52,763 nucleotides of DNA from a virus (lineage: Duplodnaviria; Caudoviricetes). The stretch lies in the IMG/VR virus record IMGVR_UViG_3300025133_000147, positions 1 to 52,763 of that record. The stretch is one strand, 5' to 3'. This document shows, in pieces, positions 19,449 to 28,531 of this stretch (positions are counted from its first letter, which is position 1; every line of letters begins with the position of its first letter). The notes below the pieces were generated by a model. That model ran no database searches, had not been told where the DNA came from, and saw only the letters and a list, made by a program, of their open reading frames with translations. The position numbers and the translations under genes were made by a program.

Positions 19449-19642
19449 TGCATCCATCACACGCTATATCACTTGCCGCTCCGGTCATCGGCTCTGCGTC
19501 GGAGGGCTACGCTAAGATCAACTGTGACCCCCTTGCCGACGCGGACGGGGAGCATGTTGAGTGGCGCCTCACTTGGCGGAGCGAGGACGGCTCTGTGTTG
19601 GCGGAGGCGACCGTGTTGGCCTCTGGAGAAGTTCAGACATGA
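19448..19642 (+). CDS. Hypothetical protein
   Basis: ATG overlaps the TGA of the upstream gene; its stop overlaps the next ATG (ATGA). Confidence 0.55.
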   Translation: MHPSHAISLAAPVIGSASEGYAKINCDPLADADGEHVEWRLTWRSEDGSVLAEATVLASGEVQT

Positions 19643-19929
19643 CCTCCCAGACCGAACACAGGCTCAAGATGGCTTTGTGGGCTATCCCTCTAATATTTAG
19701 CGCCGGCTCATTTTACGGATTCCTGACCATTGGGAGCGCGGACGTGTCCGACCGTGTCGAGCAGATTGAAGAGGGGCTCAAGATTCACACTGCGTTGAAG
19801 GCTCACCCGGTGACCGAAAGCCGCATGGATCGAATGCTTGACGAGCAGTTAGAGATCCGAAAAACGCAAGCGGTACAGGCGTCGAACATCAGCGCGATCT
19901 GTCAGGCCACCGGGGCTAGGTGCAAGTGA
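19639..19929 (+). CDS. Putative lysis membrane protein (one TM helix plus coiled coil)
   Basis: Start re-assigned to ATG 19639 (GGAG RBS, ATGA overlap). Hydrophobic ALWAIPLIFSAGSFYGFLTIG; directly upstream of the endolysin. Confidence 0.5.
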   Translation: MTSQTEHRLKMALWAIPLIFSAGSFYGFLTIGSADVSDRVEQIEEGLKIHTALKAHPVTESRMDRMLDEQLEIRKTQAVQASNISAICQATGARCK

Positions 19930-20672
19930 TCAAGCGGGGGTCGAGGGGTGAAGAGGTCAAGTCCTTCCAGGGTTTCTTGATTCGCCTTGGGTTCTTGTCT
20001 CGTGGCTCTGACGACGGCATCAGCGGACCCAACACAGTCAAGGCCATTAAGGCATACCAAGAGGCCTGTGGCCTGCCTGACGATGGCGTTGCCGGGCGAA
20101 TGACTATGGCCGCAGCAAAGGATGACGGGTGGGTCTTTGAGGCCTCTCCTTCCTCTGCTCAAGTTGAGGCTGCTAACGCTCTGGGGATCCCCGTCGAGGT
20201 AATCCAAACGATAGAAGCGGTAGAGTCGGGTGGCAGGACATCAGCGATTCGATTTGAGCCACATTTATTCCTTAGGCATCGACCGTCCCTCTCCCTAGAC
20301 ATCCCCTTCACCAAGGGACCTAGAGGATTCTCTGTGACACGGTCAGAGACTGACCAGTCTGCCTTTGAGCACGCCTTTGAGTTCGACCCTGACGCTGCCG
20401 TTAGGTCCACGTCCTGGGGCTTGTATCAAGTCCTGGGTAGTCATCTGATTAAGGCGTATGGGGATGCTCAGCATGGTGTCGATAGCTTCTATTCAGATCC
20501 TTTAGAGGCAAGTTACAAGCTTCTAACCAGTTGGTTCAAGAGCAATAAGCCTGCGTTAATCGCCGCCCGCAAAAAGGACTGGCCTGAATTAGTTCGCCGC
20601 TACAATGGGCCAGGAAACGTGGCGGCTTACTCTGCTGCCATGGCTCGCGAGTACGCGAAGGTGACAGCGTGA
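19926..20672 (+). CDS. Endolysin: N-terminal peptidoglycan-binding domain plus N-acetylmuramidase (DUF3380/muraidase type)
   Basis: KRGSRGEEV..Q..L...DGISGPNT..AIKAYQ...L.DDGVAG..T (PG-binding), then VESGG, IRFEPHLF, STSWGLYQVLG, W....RRYNGP. GTG start overlapping the upstream TGA chosen. Confidence 0.88.
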   Translation: MIKRGSRGEEVKSFQGFLIRLGFLSRGSDDGISGPNTVKAIKAYQEACGLPDDGVAGRMTMAAAKDDGWVFEASPSSAQVEAANALGIPVEVIQTIEAVESGGRTSAIRFEPHLFLRHRPSLSLDIPFTKGPRGFSVTRSETDQSAFEHAFEFDPDAAVRSTSWGLYQVLGSHLIKAYGDAQHGVDSFYSDPLEASYKLLTSWFKSNKPALIAARKKDWPELVRRYNGPGNVAAYSAAMAREYAKVTA

Positions 20673-20881
20673 ACCTCCCAGACAGAGAGGCTGTGCTGCT
20701 TGTCCTAGCTGCCCTGCTTGGGGCGGTTGTCTTGAGCTTCATCAACCGAGGCAGCTTGACCTACCTTCCACCTACCCCACCAGAGAGCTTGTATCAGGGC
20801 ACGCCACTCGGCTACCGTGAGCTTCCGTTAGAGAGTTACAGAGGAGATGACGATGATTCCAGTCAAACTACAGAGCCGTAA
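20669..20881 (+). CDS. Small membrane-anchored protein (lysis cassette)
   Basis: GTGA overlap; TM helix AVLLVLAALLGAVVLSFI. Confidence 0.5.
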   Translation: MNLPDREAVLLVLAALLGAVVLSFINRGSLTYLPPTPPESLYQGTPLGYRELPLESYRGDDDDSSQTTEP

Positions 20882-21095
20882 GCTCGCTATGGCCCTAGCT
20901 GGGCTACTGCTTCCAGTCCTCGCTGCTTGGCTTACAGACGAGATCGACATGGAGAAGGCTATCTCCATGAGCATGGCCGCTTGCGTGGCTTACCTTGCCT
21001 CTCAAGGCTATGTAGACGGCAAGCGAGTCGAGGGGATCATAGAGCCTGTGCTCGACGCACTAGAGGAGTCGGACGATGTCGACGCCACGGAGTAG
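20847..21095 (+). CDS. Putative holin
   Basis: GAGGAG RBS; KLQSRK followed by two hydrophobic segments and AYLASQGYVDGK, a common small-holin pattern; in the lysis cassette. Confidence 0.65.
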   Translation: MTMIPVKLQSRKLAMALAGLLLPVLAAWLTDEIDMEKAISMSMAACVAYLASQGYVDGKRVEGIIEPVLDALEESDDVDATE

Positions 21096-21495
21096 ACGAC
21101 TAGCTAAGGAGAGGCAGGCAGCGGAGCTTATTGAAGCTCATCACAGCGAGCTTGAGACTCTTCTTATTCAGGTGACTGGTGATATTGGGTCTGACCTTCT
21201 GGGTCTCAACATGTTCCAGAGGGACTCCCGTATCGCGGCTGAGATGGCGTATCGCTTAGACCAAGCCATAGACTTCCCGTCCCCACTCATGGAGGCAGCG
21301 GACTGGTTCATTTTCTACCTATCCTCGCTAGGAGTCATCGGTATCGTCCGCGCTGTAGAGCGAGCCATGAAGAGAAAGAAGGAGCGACTGGGCAAGCTTC
21401 AGCGTAGGCTGGACGAGCGTGGTCCGAAGATGGCTAAGGCTGCTAAGCGTAGGATTGAGCGGCGTATCGCTCGCATAGAGGAGCAGGTTAAATGA
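21076..21495 (+). CDS. Hypothetical membrane protein with basic C-terminus
   Basis: GAGGAG RBS; TM-like WFIFYLSSLGVIGIV; K/R-rich tail. Confidence 0.55.
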   Translation: MSTPRSRRLAKERQAAELIEAHHSELETLLIQVTGDIGSDLLGLNMFQRDSRIAAEMAYRLDQAIDFPSPLMEAADWFIFYLSSLGVIGIVRAVERAMKRKKERLGKLQRRLDERGPKMAKAAKRRIERRIARIEEQVK

Positions 21496-21881
21496 CTGTG
21501 TCTAAGACAACTATTGAGGCTCAGGTAGCGAGCCACGTTATCTCTATGTCTCAGTCGTTCCCCTCTGGTGGAGGGCCGCTTGCTACTCAGGCAGTAACCG
21601 CCACAGCTACAAACGTGTACGCAGTTGTTATCGACAACAGCCTGAACACTAGCGCTTCCTACTTGAAGTGTTACGACACGGCTGGAATTCCAACTATCGG
21701 GGGTGACAACCCCGCTATGATTCTTAAGTCAGACGCTGCGACGAAGGTTCAGTACAGCTTTGACAATGGGGTAGAGTTTACTGCTGGGATTGCTGCTGCT
21801 GTCCTAACCTCAAGGGGAACCAATGGAACCACGGCCCCCTCTAGTGAGGTTAACCTTACGTTCCTTGCGACACCCACCTAA
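21492..21881 (+). CDS. Putative small virion protein, paralog 1
   Basis: ATGA overlap; NVYAVVIDN...YLKCYD...P.S.VN pattern shared with the next gene. Confidence 0.55.
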   Translation: MTVSKTTIEAQVASHVISMSQSFPSGGGPLATQAVTATATNVYAVVIDNSLNTSASYLKCYDTAGIPTIGGDNPAMILKSDAATKVQYSFDNGVEFTAGIAAAVLTSRGTNGTTAPSSEVNLTFLATPT

Positions 21882-22240
21882 TGGCTACTATATACAAGGC
21901 ATCACCATTCACCCTTTCTGGGATTCAGTCCTACATCGTTAATGGTGTAGAGGTTGACGAGGATGGTTCGGTCAATTCCACAGGAACCTCTGGAAGCATT
22001 TACACAATGCACATCTCAAGTAGCGCAGTCGGCTCTGACTACGTTCTTATCTGGGATGACATGACGATGGTAAACGGAGACGCTGACATTGTTATCCCCA
22101 TAACTGCGGATGAAGATCTCGTTGTATACATCGACAAGGGCATTACTTGCCTAACGGCGATCACCTTTGCTGCGTCCAGTGTGCCGTGGGGGGGCACAGC
22201 TCCAAACAGTGACGTAAACGTAAACCTGTTTGTCACCTAG
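21881..22240 (+). CDS. Putative small virion protein, paralog 2
   Basis: TAATG overlap; SIYTMHIS...YVLIWD...GI...TAPNSDVNV pattern. Confidence 0.55.
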   Translation: MATIYKASPFTLSGIQSYIVNGVEVDEDGSVNSTGTSGSIYTMHISSSAVGSDYVLIWDDMTMVNGDADIVIPITADEDLVVYIDKGITCLTAITFAASSVPWGGTAPNSDVNVNLFVT

Positions 22241-22297
22241 CAAGGGCAGTCACCTTCTCAGCCTCCTCGCCTAGGGTGGCGCTACCCCTCGCTACTA

Positions 22298-22333
22298 GAG
22301 AGCGTCAGCCTTCCCCCCAAGGCTGGCGCTTTC
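22298..22333. terminator. Hairpin at the convergence of the late (+) and early (-) transcription units
   Basis: GAGAGCGTCAGCCTT-CCCCCC-AAGGCTGGCGCTTTC, a 15-bp stem with two G-U pairs on the + strand, between convergent stops at 22240 and 22339. Confidence 0.6.
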
Positions 22334-22338
22334 GTGCA

Positions 22339-22548
22339 TCAGAGAACCCTAGCTCCCCACATCTCTCTGAAGTTCATCCTAGCTAAGGGACGCTTCCTAG
22401 AGCGGTACATGTTCTCTGCCCCGCAGTCGCATGACTGAACCCAGAAAGGAGGGAAGCGAGTAGCTAGTGCGTACTCCTTATCCTCTAGCTCTGAGTGCTC
22501 ACCTGTTTTCCTAATGAGCCAAGGGCCGTACTGATGTCTATGCTTCAC
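22339..22548 (-). CDS. Hypothetical protein
   Basis: Start re-assigned to GTG at 22548 (GTGA overlap with the upstream ORF); MKHRHQYGPW...CDCG. Confidence 0.5.
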   Translation of the reverse strand: MKHRHQYGPWLIRKTGEHSELEDKEYALATRFPPFWVQSCDCGAENMYRSRKRPLARMNFREMWGARVL

Positions 22549-22820
22549 AGGGCACAGCGCTCGCAGGTCGTCTCTCCGTTCATAGCCTGGGCTACGAGGC
22601 ACTGAGAGCAGTTGCCCACCCACTCAGCCTGCTCCACTGAGAAGGTGTCAGAGATAGCCTCTCGTAATCTGGCGGCGGCGGCAGAGGCTCTATCTTGAGC
22701 CTTGTCTGCCTCTGCCACTAGCGTCCTCGCCTTCAGGCTTACTCCGTACAGGTCGTCCTGAGCTGACTCTAGTGCATCCCAGGCAGATCGAATGGCTTCG
22801 TAAGCTTCCTTAAGATCCGT
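22545..22820 (-). CDS. Unannotated 91-aa coiled-coil plus CxxC..CxxC protein with ACG in the start position
   Basis: Open frame (T/M)DLKEAYEAIRSAWDALES...CSQC...CERCAL. GGAGGGGG lies just upstream of ACG, and the stop overlaps the next GTG. Confidence 0.55.
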   Translation of the reverse strand, partial: TDLKEAYEAIRSAWDALESAQDDLYGVSLKARTLVAEADKAQDRASAAAARLREAISDTFSVEQAEWVGNCSQCLVAQAMNGETTCERCAL

Positions 22821-22821
22821 C

Positions 22822-23112
22822 TTAGGCCCCCTCCGAGTTGTCTTCAGCTAACCAAGCGTCAACCTCTTCAACGCCACCCCAGCACTTGCCTGGAGCATGC
22901 CAATAAACCCAAGCCACAATCTCCTTGATAGCCTTTAGGTTCCCACTGTCTGCCTTTGCTAAGGACTCATGCAGCTTGTTCTCAAGCACAGCAGTAAGGA
23001 AGCCACCGGGAGGGAGGCGCATCTCAATGTACCGCTTCAGGGCGTCCATCGTGGGCCCTGGGACTCCGTTAGCGATTCCCTCTTTGTAATTGATGTGTGC
23101 GTACATACTCAT
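22822..23112 (-). CDS. Conserved-looking phage hypothetical protein
   Basis: LKRYIE..LPPGGFLTAVLEN.L..S...AD..N motif; ATGA overlap start. Confidence 0.65.
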   Translation of the reverse strand: MSMYAHINYKEGIANGVPGPTMDALKRYIEMRLPPGGFLTAVLENKLHESLAKADSGNLKAIKEIVAWVYWHAPGKCWGGVEEVDAWLAEDNSEGA

Positions 23113-23339
23113 GCCATCTCCTTGTCTGAACTCCACAGTTCGTAAGCGTCCCCAGGGCCATTCCCAAAGACTTGTTCATCTTCTTTTTCATCAAGCCTGC
23201 CATTGAAGTAGCCGATGTTGTAACCAGCATCGAAGCAAGCCTTAGCGTGTGCTGAGTGAGTGACCTCAAGCTCTGCAAGTTTTTCGTGTGCGATCTCAAG
23301 TAGCCGTTCAAGCCTACCGTGTGTCATCAGCAGGCTCAT
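23109..23339 (-). CDS. Hypothetical protein
   Basis: ATGA overlaps on both sides. Confidence 0.55.
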   Translation of the reverse strand: MSLLMTHGRLERLLEIAHEKLAELEVTHSAHAKACFDAGYNIGYFNGRLDEKEDEQVFGNGPGDAYELWSSDKEMA

Positions 23340-23740
23340 CGTGTGACCTCAAAGAGGTCGGGCTGAGAGCCCAGTGGGTAGGGGTCTCGCACTTTGCCTG
23401 AGCCTCCACATAGAGGACAGCACTGAAGAGCCTTGTGCGCCTCCTGAGGAGGCTCCTCGCAGGCTATCCAGACTACTGCCTTCCTGCCTGAGGTAGTGCG
23501 CCTCTTCACTCCTGAGTCTTTGACTCTACCCATGAGCACTAACTCTCTACGCCTAGCGCTGACAGTCTGGTGCTTCATGTTGAGTCTCCGCTCTAGCTCT
23601 TCGTCAGTAGCGCCTAAGCAGTCCATGCTCTCTATGACCTTGTGCACCCTCTCTCTAATAGGGCCTGAGTAAAGACTCTTAGCTGCTTCTTCTGAAGTCT
23701 CTGAGCCAGCTACGAAGGGGGTCTTGTTGTTGTAGGGCAT
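23336..23740 (-). CDS. Winged-helix DNA-binding protein with C-terminal CxxCxGxG
   Basis: GATDEEL...LNMKHQTVSARRRELV..G.V.DSG..R.T.SGRKAVVW is a winged-HTH pattern common in phages; AGGAG RBS. Confidence 0.7.
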   Translation of the reverse strand: MPYNNKTPFVAGSETSEEAAKSLYSGPIRERVHKVIESMDCLGATDEELERRLNMKHQTVSARRRELVLMGRVKDSGVKRRTTSGRKAVVWIACEEPPQEAHKALQCCPLCGGSGKVRDPYPLGSQPDLFEVTR

Positions 23741-23928
23741 GTGCTTCTCCTATGGTTGTGCTCGTTTAACTTGAGCGAGTTAAGGGTGCTGGCTTGAGAC
23801 CCTTCTAATCAGGGCTCCGTTCACCGGGCCAGCAGGCATAGATCTGATTGTCCAAAAACATGAGCGCTTGCACGCATCGTGGTGCCCCAGGACGGTACGG
23901 ACCTATCTACAGGAGGGGGCACCTGCTT

Positions 23929-24423
23929 CTAGAAGAGGTCGTCCACATCAGCCTCGTCAAAGGCGTCAGCAGGAGGGGCTGGAGCAGGGTTACTAGGGTT
24001 CTTAATGACCTTGTCTACATAGATGTTGACGAAGACCTTTCCCTGGTAGTCCCTAGACTTCTGTGTGATCTGAACAGCCCGTCCGATAATCTCATTACGG
24101 ATGGGGCCAGTGCGACCATCAACAAACAGATCTTCCCACTCAGGCACACGACCAACAGCTGTCTTAACCGTGCTCTTGATGAACGAGAAGGTGCGAGGTC
24201 CAACACTAGTGAAGCGCTGCAGCTGAGCACCACTGTGCGGACCAGACATCACCTCAAACCACCACGACACATAGTAGTCACCCTTCTTACTCACGAAGAC
24301 GGAGAAGTCAGTGACCTCTACGTCGTATGAACTGTCAGGGACAGTGTCCATCTTGCGTTCTTCTGAACTCGATGTGGTCTGGGTGGACGGTGCGCTATCA
24401 AACATGTTTCCGATATCAGGCAT
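23929..24423 (-). CDS. Putative single-stranded DNA-binding protein (DUF669-like)
   Basis: VPDSSYDVEV, SKKG..Y..WFEV..GPH.G; acidic C-terminal tail DEADVDDLF; follows the Sak4-like ATPase. Confidence 0.65.
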   Translation of the reverse strand: MPDIGNMFDSAPSTQTTSSSEERKMDTVPDSSYDVEVTDFSVFVSKKGDYYVSWWFEVMSGPHSGAQLQRFTSVGPRTFSFIKSTVKTAVGRVPEWEDLFVDGRTGPIRNEIIGRAVQITQKSRDYQGKVFVNIYVDKVIKNPSNPAPAPPADAFDEADVDDLF

Positions 24424-25166
24424 TACTTCTTCTCCTTGGTGTTGGTGCCTAGCGTTTTCTTGAACGCATCAGCGAGAGCCGTGAAGCTCATCTCTATTGT
24501 TTCGGGCAGGGTTGCCCCCTTACTGCCGCGAGCTTTAGCCTCAACTCGCTCGCGCTTATTCTCTACTGGTTGTGTGCGGAGGATCCGCTCATTCTCTGGG
24601 GTGAACTCACAGCGGACGATGAAGTCCACAGCAGAGTGAAGGGTCTGACGAGCAGTGCTGGGTAGCGCAGTAGTGACACGGTTCATCCCTGTCTCCACCA
24701 TCTTGCTACCTAGCTTCTCCTTAATCATCTCGCTCTTCTCATGACCCAGCAGCACAGTGCACATAGGCAGCATGCGTAGCTGGGTGATCATGTTGGTCCA
24801 CTCTCGGTTAAGAGTTCGCCAGCCACGACCCCACTCTCCGTCAGCTACATCGTTCCAACCGTTAGACTCACAGACGTAGGTCTCACATAGGTTGTAAGCG
24901 ATGTCAGCTGTGTCGAGCACAACCGTCTTGTACCCATGCCCACCCTGAGCAAGCTCAGCAATCACAGCCTTAAGCTCTGACCAGCTACGGGCAGGGACAG
25001 CTGCAGCAAGCATCGCCTCAGTGCCGCTCTCCGTAGCGATGAAGATGGGGTTAGGGAATTGGTTAGCCAGCGTTGTCTTTCCTACACCGGGTATTCCGTA
25101 GAAGTGCCATGTGTAATCAGACATCCGAATACTCGGAGGGCTGGGTTCTTTAGGAAGTAGGCTCAT
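24423..25166 (-). CDS. Sak4-like / AAA_24 recombination ATPase
   Basis: Walker A YGIPGVGKTT, TESG, Walker B TVVLDT, WGRGW, LLGHE; lies between the exonuclease and the SSB. Confidence 0.8.
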   Translation of the reverse strand: MSLLPKEPSPPSIRMSDYTWHFYGIPGVGKTTLANQFPNPIFIATESGTEAMLAAAVPARSWSELKAVIAELAQGGHGYKTVVLDTADIAYNLCETYVCESNGWNDVADGEWGRGWRTLNREWTNMITQLRMLPMCTVLLGHEKSEMIKEKLGSKMVETGMNRVTTALPSTARQTLHSAVDFIVRCEFTPENERILRTQPVENKRERVEAKARGSKGATLPETIEMSFTALADAFKKTLGTNTKEKK

Positions 25167-26061
25167 TGTTATTCTCCTTTAACTCTGTGTGCCGTTGGTC
25201 TAACACCTTGAAAGAATCCTTCGTCACTGCACCTACGCACAGGTCGAAGTAGGGGCACCTGCCCCGGTTAACGCAGGATTGCGTACTGCGGATTGGAATC
25301 GCCCGCCCAGTCCGTATCTCAGAGACACGAAGGTGGGTAGCCCACGCCTGAGCAGCCCAGTCAGATATCTGCTCGTCCGTCCTCTCAACAAGCACCTCAA
25401 AGAAGTAGAATTCAGGACGGTCTAGATAGTCCTGAGTCAGCCTCTCTATGTACTCGCCAAGCTCTTCTGTTTTCTTCTGCCTAATGGTTGGCTTCTTCGC
25501 CACCCGGTAGACCATCTTGCGAACAGGCACACCGAAGTGCTGACTAGCTGCCCACATGTAGGTGCTCACTTGGAAGTCAATCTCCAGGCGAGTCATGTAC
25601 TCACGGCTAACCTGGGCTGCAGTCTTCCACTCACCTAGCACCACCTCGCCAGGGAAGTTCGGATGCGTTCCATTCCAGACGCCGTCGATGACACCTTGAA
25701 GAGAATGCTTCCTGCTTGCCCTGTTAGTAGACGGGTTACGAAGGGGGACGCTGAACCCTAGTTCGTGGATGTCAGGCCACAGAATCCAGTTGTCCAACGC
25801 TCCACCTACCATCGCAGCAACAGTGGCCTCGCGCACAGCAGCGACAGACCCCTCCCACTTGCTCCATGTAGGAGAGTCCTCACGCATGGCGGTGATAGCT
25901 GCGTCAACAGACTGGTGCTCAAGCCCAGCGTGATACCCAGTGCCCATCAACAGGGCAGGGTGCGTATCAAAAGGGACAAGCAGTTTGTTGTAGCGGATAT
26001 CGTGTCGTACCTCGCATCGAGAGAATGTAGATAGCTCTGATTGTGTGAGTGGTTCAGCCAT
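25150..26061 (-). CDS. PD-(D/E)xK exonuclease (Cas4/RecB-like)
   Basis: Start re-assigned to ATG 26061. Motifs S..S.F..C, GT.YH..LE, GVIDGV, EWKT, Q...Y; C-terminal C.....CPY...C forms a Cas4-type Cys cluster. Confidence 0.8.
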   Translation of the reverse strand: MAEPLTQSELSTFSRCEVRHDIRYNKLLVPFDTHPALLMGTGYHAGLEHQSVDAAITAMREDSPTWSKWEGSVAAVREATVAAMVGGALDNWILWPDIHELGFSVPLRNPSTNRASRKHSLQGVIDGVWNGTHPNFPGEVVLGEWKTAAQVSREYMTRLEIDFQVSTYMWAASQHFGVPVRKMVYRVAKKPTIRQKKTEELGEYIERLTQDYLDRPEFYFFEVLVERTDEQISDWAAQAWATHLRVSEIRTGRAIPIRSTQSCVNRGRCPYFDLCVGAVTKDSFKVLDQRHTELKENNNEPTS

Positions 26062-26401
26062 CGTTGTTCGCCTTAGACATGCGAGCAAAGATCTCAGCGT
26101 CACGGGAGGAAGGGATGCCAAGCATCTCTCTCACCCTTGCAACGTTCTGCCTTGAGCAGCCAACGAGTTTAGCAACCTCTGCGTCTGGGATCTTACCCAG
26201 CCCATCCCACTCAGGGCCGCGCTCTTTACGCAACCCAGGCTTACCAGCGATAGGACCCTTGCCACGGATGGTGGTCTTGTCGCAGATGTAGCTTCGTATC
26301 GTGGGTAGGCTCACCCCATACCGCGTTGCCAGGGCAGACAAACTGTCACCCATCTCGTACTCAGCAACGCACTTCTCTAACTGTTCTTCTGTAATTTTCA
26401 T
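26054..26401 (-). CDS. Tandem helix-turn-helix protein
   Basis: SLSALATRYGVSLPTIRSY and DAEVAKLVGCSRQNVARVR; GGAGG RBS. Confidence 0.7.
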   Translation of the reverse strand: MKITEEQLEKCVAEYEMGDSLSALATRYGVSLPTIRSYICDKTTIRGKGPIAGKPGLRKERGPEWDGLGKIPDAEVAKLVGCSRQNVARVREMLGIPSSRDAEIFARMSKANNDG

Positions 26402-26414
26402 GGTGCCTCCAAGC

Positions 26415-26456
26415 AGTCCAGTAACTCCGCTGACAATATCACGGAGCTACTGGACT
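26415..26456 (-). terminator. Intergenic hairpin (terminator or processing site)
   Basis: AGTCCAGTAACTCCG / CGGAGCTACTGGACT 15-bp arms; the single mismatch is a G-U pair on the - strand. Confidence 0.5.
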
Positions 26457-26472
26457 TGGCTATGGCTGTTGT

Positions 26473-27447
26473 TTAATTAATGAGGGAGCGAAGGACGTTC
26501 GTTCCGCTGCGTACAAAGTCAGCACCAGAGCCCATCATCAAGGACTCAAAGCGCTGGTCACCACGAGTCTGACGGTGGTACCCGGCGTACTCAGTGATCG
26601 CATTGTATGCACCCCACGCAGTACCCTGAACACCAGGGATACGAGCACCCCGTCCGTCGTGGTAGAGCGAGGTGAGCGTGCTTCGGTTGTTGTCCGCTCG
26701 CGTCATGGCCCGCTTGCTGAACTCTCCATCCTCACTGACAGGCGGGGAGGGGAAGACCGTCAAGCAGAAATCAATCCAGTCGCTGGTTGTCATCGGAATG
26801 TCAGCCAGCTTCTTCATGAACTCATCGGACTCAGCGAAAGCATCCTGACCAACGCGAAGAACACGTCGAGCCTCAGCCGCATTGACCACCATGTTCTTCG
26901 TGTGGCGGATCCTAACAACCTCTCCCTTCGCCTGCTTTACAGCAACCCGTGCGACGTTTGAGCATGTCACTCGGATGCTGGTGAACATCGCTTGGAGAGC
27001 AGTCTTTCCGTCGTACCCGTTGAGCAGGAAGAGGTAGTGGTCAACCTTGTCGTTGGGGACAATCTCGACAGAGCCTATCTTGCAGAGCATCCAGATCTTA
27101 GCGCCCCCACCATCTACTCCAATGGTGTGGACCTTCATGTCTCCGTTCATGGCTATGTCGTCAGCGAACTGGGCGAACTGAAGGGGCTGGTAAAGCGAGA
27201 AGTTCTTCCCGGTCAGACCAAGGATCTCCTTAGTGTCGTCCCGCACCACAGCCCTGTAGTTATCCATCTCCATCTCTGGAGTAGTCCAGTTCGGACACGG
27301 CTGGGTGAACACCTTGTGCTTGCTAGCAGTGAAGTCTGCACGGGTGCCACGGATAGCCTCAACGGCTGTGTCCCCCCCATCCCCAACGTACTGTCCTCTG
27401 TTGCCCCAAGGGGTAGCGCCTTCGTATTGGTTTACTTCGATTGACAT
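26473..27447 (-). CDS. DUF932 family protein
   Basis: PW...G, AVVRDD....LG, GGAKIW, YLFLLNGYDG, FTSIRVTCSN, IRHT, GTAWGAYNAITEY..Y. Confidence 0.85.
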   Translation of the reverse strand: MSIEVNQYEGATPWGNRGQYVGDGGDTAVEAIRGTRADFTASKHKVFTQPCPNWTTPEMEMDNYRAVVRDDTKEILGLTGKNFSLYQPLQFAQFADDIAMNGDMKVHTIGVDGGGAKIWMLCKIGSVEIVPNDKVDHYLFLLNGYDGKTALQAMFTSIRVTCSNVARVAVKQAKGEVVRIRHTKNMVVNAAEARRVLRVGQDAFAESDEFMKKLADIPMTTSDWIDFCLTVFPSPPVSEDGEFSKRAMTRADNNRSTLTSLYHDGRGARIPGVQGTAWGAYNAITEYAGYHRQTRGDQRFESLMMGSGADFVRSGTNVLRSLIN

Positions 27448-27562
27448 GTTCTAACTCCTTTTAAAAGTGGTCTTTTAAAATTGTTTGGTGGTGTCGCCTA
27501 CGCCAGGATTGACGTAGACGACGGGTGGTCCCTTAACTCCTAGAAGTTAAGAGTGGTTGGGC

Positions 27563-28189
27563 TTACAGAAAGCTAACGCCAGGGGGCTCACAGACAGTGG
27601 GCTCCTTAGCAGGCTCACAGAAAGCCTTAATGGCATCCAACAGAGCCTGCTCTTTGTCAGGCAGGTTGCCCAGCTTTGACACAGCAGCCTCAGCGTCCTC
27701 AACGGAGAGGATGTTGCGACCTGTGACACGCTCAAAGACGGAGACGATGTCGCACTGGTCACTGAACCCCTGAGCCATAGACTTTGGGTCAGCCCAGGTA
27801 TGAGCGCAGTGCTCGCTCCACTCGTCTACTAGATCCATCGCGCTCTCAATCTCAGTAGGACAGGTGGAGCTATTAGACACAGCGGCGTAGACATCAAGGG
27901 CATCGCCTATGTCGTCAGTGTCGTGACCGTTGTGCTCTAAAATAGACAGGATACCCAGCGCTTCGCTTATCTTGTCGAGGTCTGTGGTGCTGTTGCCTTC
28001 AAGCTCTGCGTAGAACTCTACAGCGTGGATAATCTCGTCTGAGTCAGTGGTTGTTCCGTTGCTCTCAAGCGCTTCGTACAACTGGATAGCGTCGTCGTCA
28101 TCGCCGCTGTTGTTCTCAAGCTCGTACTCAATGGCCTTGGCGCACTCAAGGATGGACTCGATGTTCTCAGTGAGGGTGTCGGTGTTCAT
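27563..28189 (-). CDS. Highly acidic helical-repeat protein
   Basis: AGGAGA RBS; only two Lys and no Arg in the first roughly 130 aa; repeats of about 22 aa. Confidence 0.7.
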   Translation of the reverse strand: MNTDTLTENIESILECAKAIEYELENNSGDDDDAIQLYEALESNGTTTDSDEIIHAVEFYAELEGNSTTDLDKISEALGILSILEHNGHDTDDIGDALDVYAAVSNSSTCPTEIESAMDLVDEWSEHCAHTWADPKSMAQGFSDQCDIVSVFERVTGRNILSVEDAEAAVSKLGNLPDKEQALLDAIKAFCEPAKEPTVCEPPGVSFL

Positions 28190-28210
28190 GTTTCTATCTC
28201 CTAGTTCTAG

Positions 28211-28471
28211 TTAGCTGAGCGCAGGGACAGAAGTTGTCCCGGCTTGCTCGTCGGTTGAAAGGCTGTCCAACACAGCCTCAAAGGTCTTGGCAGAAAGCTC
28301 ACCTAGCCTCTGCTCTCCGTTAGGGTGGTTCTTCCAGACCTTCTCTAGCTTCTGCTCCATCAAGTAGAGCCAGTTGAACTGGTCGATAGCTGCGTTCGCA
28401 GCCTCAACGAGTTCTCCTAGAGACTTCCTGGCCTGCCATGCAGACCATTCCATTACGTCTTGTTCATCCAT
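28211..28471 (-). CDS. Hypothetical protein
   Basis: AGGAGAG RBS embedded in a family-A palindrome. Confidence 0.65.
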   Translation of the reverse strand: MDEQDVMEWSAWQARKSLGELVEAANAAIDQFNWLYLMEQKLEKVWKNHPNGEQRLGELSAKTFEAVLDSLSTDEQAGTTSVPALS

Positions 28472-28531
28472 GTCTTAACTCTCCTGGGTTAAAGGCGGCG
28501 AGGCAGCACCGGAACACCCGATGTCACAGTC

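Noticed and set aside
25150-26061. Cas4-like nuclease as evidence of a CRISPR system
   Set aside because: Its context with a Sak4-like ATPase and SSB is a standard phage recombination module.
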